Source: Octopus vulgaris (taxonomy: Eukaryota). Taken from it: DNA of 64,000 nucleotides. The translations under genes and the position numbers were made by a program. Position 1 is the stretch's first letter. The number at the start of each line of letters is the position of its first letter. The notes under the pieces are model-generated. The model did not search any database and was not told where the DNA came from. It saw nothing but the letters and a program-made list of their open reading frames with translations. The DNA is taken from NCBI GenBank assembly GCA_951406725.2, contig OX597823.1, positions 93,434,001-93,498,000 of the forward strand. The letters are read 5' to 3'. This document shows positions 12,728 to 25,129 of the stretch, piece after piece.

Positions 12728-12795
<68 letters not shown>

Positions 12796-13018
12796 CATAT
12801 ATATATATACATACATAGACATATGATTGCATGTATTTGTGTGTCTGTGTTTGTCGCGCCACCATCGCCATCGCTTGACAACCGGTGATAATGTGTTTAC
12901 GTCCTTTTAAGTATTACGCTTTAAAGAAATGTCCTAAAGTCGATTTATTCGACCGAAAGTTTTGAAGGCGGTGCTCCAGCATGGCCGCCGTCAAATAGCT
13001 GAAAGAAATAAAAGAATA
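12367..13018 (+). mobile_element. type B tRNA-derived SINE interrupted in its internal (TA)n by an HHR element
   Basis: 5' half gggttcagttcca...gtggcaccttgggcaagt...gacggaaactgaaagaagccc; 3' half ends ggcggtgctccagcatggccgc...ctgaaa...aaagaata. Confidence 0.85.
12518..12728 (+). mobile_element. pLTR-type element (family H2) with minimal hammerhead at 12593-12630
   Basis: TCTTT-CTGGTGA-A-GAGC-GTAG-GCTC-GAAAC-GTA-AAAGA. Stems I and II are perfect, with one core change (A6G). Flanked by (TA)n on both sides. Confidence 0.75.
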
Positions 13019-13979
13019 CATGAATGTGTGTGTGTGAGGTGTTTATGTGCGTATGTGGGTAGCTGTGAGTGCGTGCGTATGTGTGCGCATTTCTATATAT
13101 GTATGCATATAAATATGTAATATATATAAATATAAATATGTAATATATATAAATATGAATATGTAATATATATAAAATTAATTCATTTCATATATATAAA
13201 ATTAATTCATTTATCATCCATAAAATTCAAATTACTTGAAATTAAACCTATACACATAAGTGTACCGGTATACAACCGCCACCGCCCCTTAAACACATAC
13301 GCAAACTCTCATTTACTGTCAATCATGCACGTATAATTTATATCAGCGGAAAATCAAAGCCCACACGTAAAAACTCATGGATAATAACGCATCTTTAGAC
13401 AGTTGCACAAACACACTGACACCTACTCATGCATAAAAAAGAAAATAACACAGAAATGCACTTAGGAACGCATAAACATACAAATAACCGCGTTGCTTTG
13501 CGCCGAATCAGCTGGCATTCTCTTGAAGAAAATGCAAATTTTAATACTAAATAAATACATAAATACAAAGAAGGGAGGGAATAAAACTAAACTGTAGGGT
13601 TATTATTGATAAGGAATGTCTATGAAATTGTTGATGTATGCTAATGAAAATATCTTTCGTAAAATTTATGTATCATTTACGGCGCATCAAAAGTATATTT
13701 TATTACTTTCCAGTTCTAATTTATAACTTGAAAAGTAATAATTTATATGCTTTGCAATAATTAATATAGCAATTTTCAATTAAAATTAATTGTTTATACC
13801 CTATATATATTTATGTATTTGCAATAGCTCGGAAGCATATTTGTTTAGTTTCTGACTTTGCACATCAAAAGTACACACGCACACACTCACACACAAATAT
13901 TTACATATATATATTTTTCCACATGTGTGTGTCTTTCTGTATGTGTATTATTGTGTGTGTGTATGAATATGTATATGAA

Positions 13980-14038
<59 letters not shown>

Positions 14039-14085
14039 GTATATAGATAGATAGATAGATAGATATACATATAAATATATATATG

Positions 14086-14126
<41 letters not shown>

Positions 14127-14172
14127 TAGATAGATAGATGGCTAGATAGATATACATGTAAATACATATATG

Positions 14173-14221
<49 letters not shown>

Positions 14222-14859
14222 CACATTAAATTATTTAGATACGGACATGTGAGTGCGTGTGTGCGTGAGTGAGTGAGTGAGTGACCGTGTGTGTGTGTGT
14301 ATGAGTGTGTATGTGTTGAATCATAAAATACACATAATACGCATTTTTCAATATCGCTTCGAAAAGAGCTATGAAACATCACAGAACATTCGGCAGTGAA
14401 CGTCGAGAGATCGTCTGACATTTGTTTCATATCTTTAGAAGATACGATGGCTGCGTTGCACAAACACGTTGTTACCAAATTACGAATGTGAAACTGACTT
14501 TAAAAATTATCACAACAAATTAATAGTTAATTGTTTTATATGTAGAAAATCACTAACCGACTCAATTTATTAACAAAACCACCCACAAAAATTCTCTTTG
14601 AATAAAGGCAATTATGATAATATCTTCACTAAGATTGATAAACGCATATTTAATGCCATTTTGAAAATATATAGTGAAATATATTTTTAAAATTCTGGTA
14701 GGTAGTGTTGTAATTGTAAATCTATAGATACTTGGTGCAGCTTCTGCATATTAATGTTGGTCGCCTAACGCAATCACACTCTACAGATATTAACTGAAAT
14801 ACATTTAAAATGTAAAACGTAGGATCGAAACAAGGGGCAGAAGTAATAATCCGTTCTAA

Positions 14860-15075
14860 TATAGGCGCAACGCCAGCAATTTTGGGGGAAGGTATCAGTC
14901 GATTACACCAGCGCCCGTCTCCCAGTATTTCACTGGTATTTATTTCGTCATTCCCGAAAGGATGAAAGGCAAAGTCGACCACGGTACAATGTGAACTCAG
15001 AACGGAAATACGGACGAAACGCCGCTGAGCAATTTCTCCTCCGGCGCGGTAAGGATTCCGCCAGGTCGCTCCCTT
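14860..15075 (-). mobile_element. decayed type A SINE
   Basis: cccgaaaggatgaaaggcaaagtcgacc...gaactcagaacg core. Confidence 0.8.
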
Positions 15076-15314
15076 GATAATAGTAATAACAGTAATGATA
15101 ATAATAACAGTTTTTGCTAGAAAAACTGTCCGATTCATATACATTCATATATAGACATTTATGCAAATGGAAACACATACACAAACATAAAACGTATACA
15201 TATATATACACTCATACACGTATATATTCACATTCGCCGCAAATATGAATATAGAAATATATTACATAGGTATGGGGTGAAATAAACTAAATAATGACAT
15301 ACATACATATGTGT

Positions 15315-15685
15315 GGAGGCGCAATGACAAAGTGGTTAGGGAAGCGGACTCGCGGTCATAGGATGGTGGTTTCGTTTCCCAGACCGGGCGTTGTGAGTGT
15401 TTATTGAGCAAAAACATCTAAGGCTTCACGAGTCTCAGCAGGATGGTGGCGACCCCTGCTGTACACTTGCGCCACAACTTTCTCTCACTCTTTCTTCCTG
15501 TTTCTGTTGTACCTGTATTTCAAAGGGCCAGCCGTGTCACACTCTGTGTCACGCTGAATCTCCCTCAGAACTACGTTAAGGGTACACGTATCTGTAGAGT
15601 GCTCAGCCACTTACACTTCACGAGTAGGCTGTTCCGTTGATTGGATTAAATTTTACCATCATCGTCGTAAATAATGAAATGCCAC
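15315..15685 (+). mobile_element. type C tRNA-derived SINE
   Basis: ggaggcgcaatg...agtggttaggg...ggtttcgtttcccagacc head. The body is shared with 17675-18046, 47060-47352 and 61522-61745. Confidence 0.85.
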
Positions 15686-15979
15686 GATACATATGTACAT
15701 ACATATAAGTGTATGTGTGCGTGTGTGTGAGAGTGTGTGAGAGTGTGTAAAATATTAGAGTTAACTTGTGCTTAATATTTTCCGGAACAGTACTTCAAAC
15801 GGTGAATTTCTTTAAAATATTTTCAAATATTTTATAAATGGAAAACATCACATTTCATGAAAAGAGTAGTTTAAAATTCAACGGGTGACGAAACGATAAT
15901 GATATCCGTGGGGCAACTGATGATGATGGTATGCTGGATTGCTGGTATGGCTGCCGGATAGTATTATAATACATCCTCT

Positions 15980-16072
<93 letters not shown>

Positions 16073-16179
16073 TGTATGTATGTATGTATGTATGTATGTA
16101 TGTATGTATGTATGTATGTATGTATGCATGTATGTACGTATGTATGTATGTATATATGGATGTATGAACGTATATAAAC

Positions 16180-16920
16180 TTAGATATGTTTCTACCAAAA
16201 ATTGGTCCAGGCCATGTCTAACTTAACAGCACCACCTGATAGGATTGTTTGAATCATGTTTAAGTCAAGTTTTGTTTATGGTCCATTCAAGTAGTGAGTT
16301 TTTGTTGGGTTAGTTGTATCCAATTATGGGTGGCTTACCTGGTATTCTTTGAAGGAATCTATCCAGACTCCGTTTAAAGTTGATGGGATCCTTTTCCTCT
16401 TTGATCTCTTTCGGGACAATATTAAATAGGGCAGGGCCTGTTGATGAAAAGAAATTATGTTGCAGTGTATATGTATGTTGTGATCTTGAATTGGGCAGGG
16501 GACGTATCGCCCGTGGTCCCAGTCTTGGATGAACCTTGAAGCTAATGTTCAGGTCGTTTGGGCAAAGTTGGCGATATATTCTCCACATCGTACAAATGCT
16601 GTACCGCTCACGGCGACGCTGGAGAGAGTAGAGTTTCAAGGCTTTAAGGCGATCCCAATAATCGAGAGCAACCATGCCTTCAATACGTTTAGTGAGTGCC
16701 CTCTGGGGTGATTCAATCCTCGAGATGTTTTGTCTTGTATGGGGAGACCACAGTGGGCAGCAGTATTCGAGGTGTGGCCGTAAAAAGGAGGAGAAAAGTG
16801 GTATGATGACACCTTGTTCTCTGGACCGGAAAGTACTTAAGATCAAGGAACTCATCCTACGAGCTATATCTACCTTCTTGTTGATGTGTGCACTCCAACT
16901 GAGATCGTCATCAACAATTA
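16180..16920 (-). mobile_element. CR1/L2-group LINE 3' fragment (RT thumb to C-terminus)
   Basis: IVDDDLSWSAHINKKV...RPHLEYCCPLWSP...LDYWDRLKALKLYSLQRRRERY. About 200 codons are still open, and the ORF start lies in microsatellite. Confidence 0.92.
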
Positions 16921-17064
16921 CATATATATATATGTATATATATGTATATGTCTGTGAGAGTGTACAGGTATGCGCGCATGCATGTGTGTATGCCTGCATG
17001 CGTAAGTGCGTGTGTGTGTTTGGGCGTGTGTGTCCGCGTGCATGCGTGCGTGCGTGTGTGTTTG

Positions 17065-17127
<63 letters not shown>

Positions 17128-17603
17128 CTCAAAATTTTGTAAACAACACACTTACTTGTACTGAAAGACTTTTCTATTTGGTTCTTATTTTTCTTCCCAA
17201 CTTTCTCCATGATCACTTATCTCCCCTTACCAAAATCAATCTTTTATTTCCTGTTTACTCTTTCCTCCTTTCGATTTCTGTCTCATTTTTAAATCACAGC
17301 CGCCCACCCCCCTTTTCTCAGCTTTCCAGTTTCTTTTCGCCGATTCCTCTACATTACCTTCCCTGTCTTAATGCGCCAATTTCATTTTGTCTTTTGCCTT
17401 TTTTTTCTTTTATTTGACAAATAATTAATTACACGGTTGAATTTTAAACTACTCTTTTCATGAAAACTGTTTTTCATTTATAAAAAATTTGAAAATATTT
17501 TAAAGAAATTCTCCGTTTGAAGAGCTGCTCTGGAAAAAAATGAAGCACAGGTTGACTCTAAAATTTTACACCCTCTCACCCGCACTCACACACACACACA
17601 CAC

Positions 17604-17650
<47 letters not shown>

Positions 17651-17674
17651 ATCTGTATGTACATATGTATCGTG

Positions 17675-18046
17675 ACACTCCATTGTTTACGACGATGAGG
17701 GTTCCAGTTGATCCGCTCAACAGAACAGCCTGCTCGTGAAATTAACGAGCAAGTGGCTGAGCACTCCACAGACACGTGTACCCTTAACGTAGTTCCCGGG
17801 GAGATTCAGCGTGACACAGAATGTAACAAGGCTGGCCTTTTGAAGTACAAGTACAACAAGAATAGGAAGAAAGAGTGAGAGACAATTGCGGGGAAAGAGT
17901 ACAGCAGGGTTCACTACCACCTTGTGCCGGAGCCTCGTGGAGCTTTCGGTATTTTAGCTTAATTCACAATGCCTGGTCTGGGAAACGAAACCACAATCCT
18001 ATGACCGCGATTCCGCTGCCCTAACCACTGGGCCATTGCACCTCCA
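17675..18046 (-). mobile_element. type C SINE (arm of an inverted duplication)
   Basis: Reverse complement of 15315-15685. Confidence 0.85.
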
Positions 18047-18541
18047 CATATATGTTTGTATGTATGTATGTATGTATGTATGTATGTATGTATGTATGTA
18101 TATATGTGTGTATGTATGTATGACACTATATTGAAACTAAAGTACATATTTCCAAAATGAAAGTTGCTGGCATTACATTCTAGAGCGAGAGGGGGGAGAG
18201 AGAGAAATAAGGGAAGATGGATGGCAAACGTACTTAACTGATGGACAGCCGCAGCGCACTATTGTAAATCGGTCTCCCTACACTTTTCTCCATGTTCAAC
18301 ACACACTGGCACGGCTTTCAATATTGTCACCGAAACAAACAGTCCTTCACAATTATGCAAATATACGAGATGATGCCGAAAATTTTATGGCTTTGGATAA
18401 AAGAAAATGCAGGAGGATCAGTTATGATTTTATTCACCATGTTCACCTCTCAGAATCACACACTTATTGCAGCGGTCCACAAGCCTTTCTAAGCCCAGTA
18501 AAAGAACCGAAAACCTGGGCCTCTATCCAGCCTTTTGCGAC

Positions 18542-19130
18542 AGTCTTAAAACCAGGAACTTTTCAAAATCCGCTCGTATATCAATGACTGCTTTTCATTT
18601 ATTAAATCTACCTCAATTAGATGTACCAAGGTATTATCAAAATTAAAACTCAGCTTCAAGTCTTAAAACCAGGAACTTTTCAAAATCCGCTCGTATGTGA
18701 ATGACTGCTTTTCATTTATTAAATCTACCTCAATTAGATGTACCAAGGTATTATCAAAATTAAAACTCAGCTTCAAGTCTTAAAACCAGGAACTTTTCAA
18801 AATCCGCTCGTATGTGAATGACTGCTTTTCATTTATTAAATCTACCTCAATTAGACGTACCAAGGTGTTATCAAAATTAAAACTCAGCTTCAAGTCTTAA
18901 AACCAGGAACTTTTCAAAATCCGCTCGTATGTGAATGACTGCTTTTCACTTATTAAATCTACCTCAATTAGACGTACCAAGGTATTATCAAAATTAAAAC
19001 TCAGCTTCAAGTCTTAAAACCAGGAACTTTTCAAAATCCGCTCGTATGTGAATGACTGCTTTTCATTTATTAAATCTACCTCAATTAGACGTACCAAGGT
19101 GTTATCAAAATTAAAACTCAGCTTCAAGTC
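18542..19130. repeat. minisatellite, 5 x 117 bp
   Basis: gtcttaaaaccaggaac recurs at 18543, 18660, 18777, 18894 and 19011. Units differ at only a few sites. Confidence 0.97.
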
Positions 19131-19639
19131 GTACTGACACGTCAATTATATTGATAAAATCAACAATTTTATTACATTTATATTTGGTGCTGTATTATTC
19201 ATTAAACTTAATCAGTTAGTTCTTTTTCTTTTTTTAAGCTAATACCAAAATCTATCGCAGAAGAGGACCGTAATAAATTTGTTATCTATTGATTTCGAAT
19301 TCCAAGGAGAGTGATTTATGCATTTCTTTCTCCCAGGGCTATTAAAATTTCATCTGTCGATGCTATCCAATCGCTTTTCGTTCCTGATTTTACTCGTCTA
19401 TGTCCACAAACATTTCGTCCTAATCATTCCATCACAGTGTTTTCTTGCTAGAATGTGTCTTCGAACGCCGTTATTCAACAGATTGCGCTTTTCGTAACGC
19501 AGTAGCGTGTGATTTAATTTATTTCTAGCAGATAGTATTACTCCTGTTGCTAGTTGAAATAGTACCAGTGATACACACTCCTAGTTTTTGACTCACATCT
19601 ATTCATATGTGAAGAAAGACCTGACAGGCACTCCGTCAG

Positions 19640-19910
19640 TTAAGTTAGGTTTATTTTTTGGCTCAAAAAGCAAAAAGCAAGGCCATGTAGGGGGACATGG
19701 AGTTATGTACAGGGTGGTGTTCAGGCAAAGAGTTCAGGCCATTTCTGGTCAAAAGAGACTTTGAACCGAGCGGTTGTCGGCATCTTCACTATCTCGTCCG
19801 GCAGTTTATTCCACGGATCCGCAACCCGGACGGAGAAAGCCCCTCTCCTTCGATTGAGATGAAATCGTCGCAGATAGAGCTTTTCGGAGTGACCGAAATT
19901 ACATTCACGA
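19640..19910 (-). mobile_element. CR1-clade LINE extreme 3' fragment nested in a type C SINE remnant
   Basis: Minus strand GHSEKLYLRRFHLNRRRGAFSVRVADPWNKLPDEIV...FKVSFD, then a 3' UTR ending taacttaact. The flanks ggcactccgtcagtta and ...ttcgtgaaat resemble the type C tail. Confidence 0.75.
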
Positions 19911-20589
19911 CTGTACTAGTTGACCTGGTCAATTCAACAGCATGTTCGTGAAATGAATACACACGTATCTCACACACACAGCAAACACACACACACATAC
20001 ACACACACATTCTCGCACACACATACATACACACACATCATATATACACACTTATATACATGCATACATATCTGTAATTATTGGGGCCCTGGGACATGTA
20101 ACACACTGCCCAAATACCAATCTTGAGAAATTAGGCTGCTTAAAACCAGAAAGGAGAAAACTAATTCGAAGGTAACAGAGACAAGCCATCACTGGAACAG
20201 TAAAAATCTGTAAAACTTTCCAGAAGTTTATCATTTAAACATATATGATCATGTCTTGATATGAAAATATATGCATGAGAAAACATATATACAAATCTGC
20301 TCATATACAAACATACATACATACGTATATACATATAAATATGCACATACATACATACATATACATACATACATACATACATACATACATACATACATAC
20401 ATACAAAAATACCCTGTTGTTGATGTTGAAATTCCAATAAAGGAGCCTTAGATCAATGTTAGAGACCGGCTCTTACTCTATTGGCAAAAAATCGTGAAAT
20501 AAAATTGAATAATAACATGCATACATACATACGTACATACATGCACACACACTCACACATATATACACTCCAACAACACGCACACTATT

Positions 20590-20800
20590 AACGTAGGTCT
20601 CAGGAAGATTGAACGTGGTACAAAACGTGCCAGGGTTGTCCTTTCGAATTACAGGTACAATTCATATTCTCCATATGATTGGACAGAAGTAACGTGAAAT
20701 AAATTGCCTTACTTGGAGACTCAACGCGTCACCAGGAATCGAACACACGTCCGCATGATCGTAAGCGGATACCTTAAACTCTAAGTCACACGCCTTCACA
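20590..20800 (-). mobile_element. decayed type C-related SINE
   Basis: aacgtgaaataaa..g.ctt...ggaatcgaac...gatcgta head on the minus strand. Confidence 0.6.
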
Positions 20801-21525
20801 ATTACGAAAGAACCGACATAATATATCTTCTATATATACCACAGGCGAAAAATAAGATAACGTAAACAACATTTTCTCTTGTGATTTATAAATGGTATAA
20901 ACGTGGGAGACATTGTGTGTTTATTTTCTTTGTGCTTCAAAACCTTGCAGAAAATAAATTTGTCAATACTGGATGCAGAATAAAATTGCCTTACGTAAAA
21001 GACAACCTGCGTGTTTTCCTGTGTTAATTGTCTTTTGTGTGCGTTGTGTATATTTCATGTGAATCTTTCTGAAGATGGCGGTCCACAAATATCTATGTTA
21101 TCCTTATTAACTCCACTCTTTTTCCGGCCTTCAATATACATGCAATTTTTATTTTGTGTTGTAAGTAAAAAGAACTTTCATAATTGCGTAGTCGTATATG
21201 TTCACCATGTTTGTTATAATGAAAATACATTTATTTGTTACCTGCTTCTGAATAATACATATGTCACTGCTTGCCTTCCATATATTTCATTCTTTTATAG
21301 CCTGCTTCAGTGTAACGGAGCAGCGCTTATTAACTGCTGTTTGCTTCAGCCATTGTGTATCCTTACGTAGCACTTGGTATCTAACGTATTATGTCAAACA
21401 TACAAACACACACTCACAAACACAGACCTACAGACACACATACATTCATAGAAACTGCATATATACATGCGCACCTACATACATATATGTATATGTGCGT
21501 ACATATTTGTGTGTGTGAGCATAAA

Positions 21526-21622
<97 letters not shown>

Positions 21623-21626
21623 ACAC

Positions 21627-21657
<31 letters not shown>

Positions 21658-22164
21658 TATAGGTGTGTGTGTATAAATATATATCCATGCATGCGTATAT
21701 ATACATTCTTACATACATACATACATATATACATACAAACTTACATACATACATTTGAAGACAATATCACAAGGTGTCCTTGCCTGAAACGAATATTTAA
21801 CAACTACATGTAACAAAAACAAGTTTGAGAAAGATAAAGAAATGAAGCTAGCTCGCAATGAAGCTAAGAGTTGCTGTAATAATTACGTGGTAAAACTTGT
21901 TCACAAAATTTTCGTTTTGTATTCTATAGCTTTATGCCAATATCCTGTAAAAAGAAGCCTTGCGCGTCTAGAGGGATAGTGTCGCTGAGTAACTTGTATA
22001 AAGGTTCTCATATTTATTTCTATTCAAAGAATAATGTTCTGTATTATGTCTTGAGAAAAGACCTAGCTTTTATCAACATCGACTGTATTTTCTCAATTGA
22101 AAGTCATTTTAGAGAAACCAAATGAAGAATAACATTTTGTTCTGTCATGGTGTCTTATGATTTG

Positions 22165-22448
22165 GTACCGCAGTTCGTCGGTTCCGACGTGGAGGGACCC
22201 AGCTGATGCTTTCAACGGAAAGGCCTGCTCGTGAAGTTAATGGGCAAGTGGCGGAGGAGTCCACAGGAATGCGTACGATTAACCTAATCCTCTGGGGTGT
22301 TCCCTGTGACTTTTGAAATACTGGTACGATTCATTTTGGACAACGTGGAAAAACGGGAAATAGGGCCTTGCTCAATGTAATAACGCGACGCCGGTAATCG
22401 AACTCACAACTTTACGATCGTAAGACAAGTAACCTAACCAATAAGCGA
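22165..22448 (-). mobile_element. decayed type C-related SINE
   Basis: gcctgctcgtgaagttaa...gcaagtggc...aatcgaactcacaac.ttacgatcgta. Confidence 0.7.
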
Positions 22449-22584
22449 TACACACGCAAACACTCATACACACGCACGCATACACATAAAAGCACACTCG
22501 CACGCGAAGGCATACACATATGCAGACACATGCTGACACATGCATATACATACATACACACACATATATATGCATATGTATATA

Positions 22585-23458
22585 CGTGATCTGATGAATA
22601 AGTGTCCGGACTGTTGCCATAGTAACGAAGCTAAAACACGGAGAGTAAAACGGCATGGCATAGATTGACCTTGAACTCTGTTGTATATGTGCAATACGTT
22701 TTAACGTTTTAGGTCACTTCCGCTGTTTACAGCAGTGCTTGGCAGGAAGGTGTGTAGCTTGTGATCGTCGCATTGACCACGACAGAGGAAGTTCATTAGA
22801 AAATCTCTCAAATTTTACCAAAATCTTGGCGATACTTGTTCAGAGACCAACGCAAAGTTTTCAAAAAGTCTTCATCGTTTTCGACGAAATGAAGGAGATC
22901 TTGTCCAACCTAAACCCGAGCACCTTGTAGGTCAGCTGAAAGCAGTTTCGGCACAAACTTGGCAAGCAAGAGTCTCACACCCGAAATCCTCAGTGATATT
23001 GAACTGAACTGAACCGTAACTAATCTGCAAATCCTCTGATAACTCACGGATGGTGATTTCACGTTTTCCCCCCGGAGCTGTACGCACATCTGCAGGTTGC
23101 GGGTCACCCAGTTACATTCGTCAATATCGTCATTTTTTCTACAATCTTAGGAACGTCTGCACGACTCGTACACTTGTGTCCGACTCAAACACTCCTCATC
23201 ATACACTTTCTGCAATTTTTTGTACGCCTCTGAGCAGATACCGCCATGACAGTTTTTTTTCTGTCATGTCAATCACACACTACACACCTTCCTTCTAAGT
23301 ACTGCTGTAAACAGCGGAAGTGAGCTAGAACTTTAAAACTTAGTTGGCATGCACAACAGAGTTCAAGTTCAACCTTTGCCAAGAGACATTACTCTGCGCG
23401 CTTTAGCTTCGTTTTCGTTGCTATGGCAACAGTCCGGATACTTATTGATCGGACCTCG
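22585..23458 (-). mobile_element. non-autonomous mariner derivative with about 200-bp inverted ends
   Basis: TA-flanked. 22585-22785 is the reverse complement of 23260-23458. Internal minus-strand remnant KLQKVYDEECLSRTQVY...RLLLAKFVPKLLSAD (HTH plus WVPHEL-type motif). Confidence 0.85.
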
Positions 23459-23519
23459 TATATATTGAGATATACATATGAATGTTTGTATGTATGGTGC
23501 AACGATTTAAAAATAAACA

Positions 23520-24080
23520 GCACGGACGGAATGAGGTTTGGAATATAATGCACTCTTTTAACGCCGCAGTAGAAGATGTCTTAATGTTTCGCTTGTGAGA
23601 CGTTCATCAGAAGAAAGGAAAGGTGAAGACCAGAAGGAGTGAGAACGTGAAATATGAGTGGCAAGAAAAGACAAGTAATCACGAAGCCGACTTGCATATC
23701 ATTTTGCGGAAGAGGTGTTATATATTAGAGATGAAAGGGCCGGGTGTGCAGATACAATAGTGTATATCTCTCTGGAAGTGAGCATAAGATTGGGTGGTGC
23801 GAATGTATGTTAGTATGGAGGGCGTATGTGTATAGAGGTGTGAATTTGTGGCGTTGGGTAGCTGGGTTGTGGAGTGTTATTATGTATGTGAGATGGGCGA
23901 TGGGTGTGAAAGAGTCTGAATGAGAAGGTATGATTGGGTACGAGCATAACAGACTAAAGATATTGGAGTAGCCCGTGGATGAGCAATGACAATGTAGAAG
24001 CTGTTATTCATGTGCGTACTAGTGTATAACATGTACGTAGAGGTGAGAAAATATTTTATAACAAAAAGGAAAGCTTCAAA
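23520..24080 (-). mobile_element. decayed Penelope-like remnant with minimal hammerhead at 23579-23614
   Basis: Minus strand TCTT-CTGATGA-ACGTCTCACAAGC-GAAAC-ATT-AAGA. The upstream extent is uncertain. Confidence 0.5.
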
Positions 24081-24423
24081 CAAATTATTTAAAAGATAGT
24101 GTGATAGAGAGAGAGAGAGAGAGAGAGGCAGAGAGGGAGACACAATGTGTGTGCATGTGAGGGAGAAATATATGAAATTTGTGAATAAAGAAGTCGAAGA
24201 AATATACGAATGTAACCCAAGAATGGCAAACAGACGGCAGGTTTGGTAGAGTATCTAGAGTACTGGATGAAGTTGGTATAAATTAACGAAGAAGTGTGAA
24301 TTATAGTGAACAGAGCAAAAACCTGACGTGAAGTATCTGGTGTAAAAAGAGCTAAAGCAGTTAGTATAGGTAGGGAAGTAGCAGTAGGGAATACACAGTC
24401 ACGCACACACACACTCACAGAAA

Positions 24424-24455
<32 letters not shown>

Positions 24456-24969
24456 TGCGTGTGTGTGTGTGTGTGTGTAGTCACAAATTACAGAGATATA
24501 GTTTGATGAAATTTTATTAAAAATACGAAAATTCTAATCTCACAAATTGTTTCGTAACTTAAAAACATGTAAATAATTTATATTATGATATTTAATAACA
24601 AATAAATTACTTGCATGCCTGCGTGAATGCAAAATGCAAGAAATCTCTGAAACTAATGCAGAATTTAAGCTACGCCCTCAGGCGAAAGAAATTCTTTGTT
24701 TAATCGTAGATTCTCTATGTTCCTATAGGAAAGCAAAGTCAAAAATGTTAAAATATTATGGAAGACGATAATAATAAAATTGATATAAATAAATAAGATT
24801 TTCTAATAAATGGAAGGAAATTTTCGTAATGTAATTAAAAAAGTAACTTATAGATATTATTCGTAAAATAAAAGAAGAGATATACATTTATTACTGAAAG
24901 TATAGAAGACAAAAGATCATAAACGCAGAGAAAAAATATAATAATAATAATATTATTGTTATTATTATC

Positions 24970-25031
<62 letters not shown>

Positions 25032-25045
25032 CATTATTATTATTA

Positions 25046-25125
<80 letters not shown>

Positions 25126-25129
25126 GTTT

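Noticed and set aside
15315-15390. tRNA genes at SINE heads (also 7152 and 52205-52275)
   Set aside because: No complete cloverleaf, and they continue into multi-copy SINE bodies.
18542-19130. Possible CRISPR array
   Set aside because: Head-to-tail near-identical units with no unique spacers, no cas genes and a eukaryotic context.
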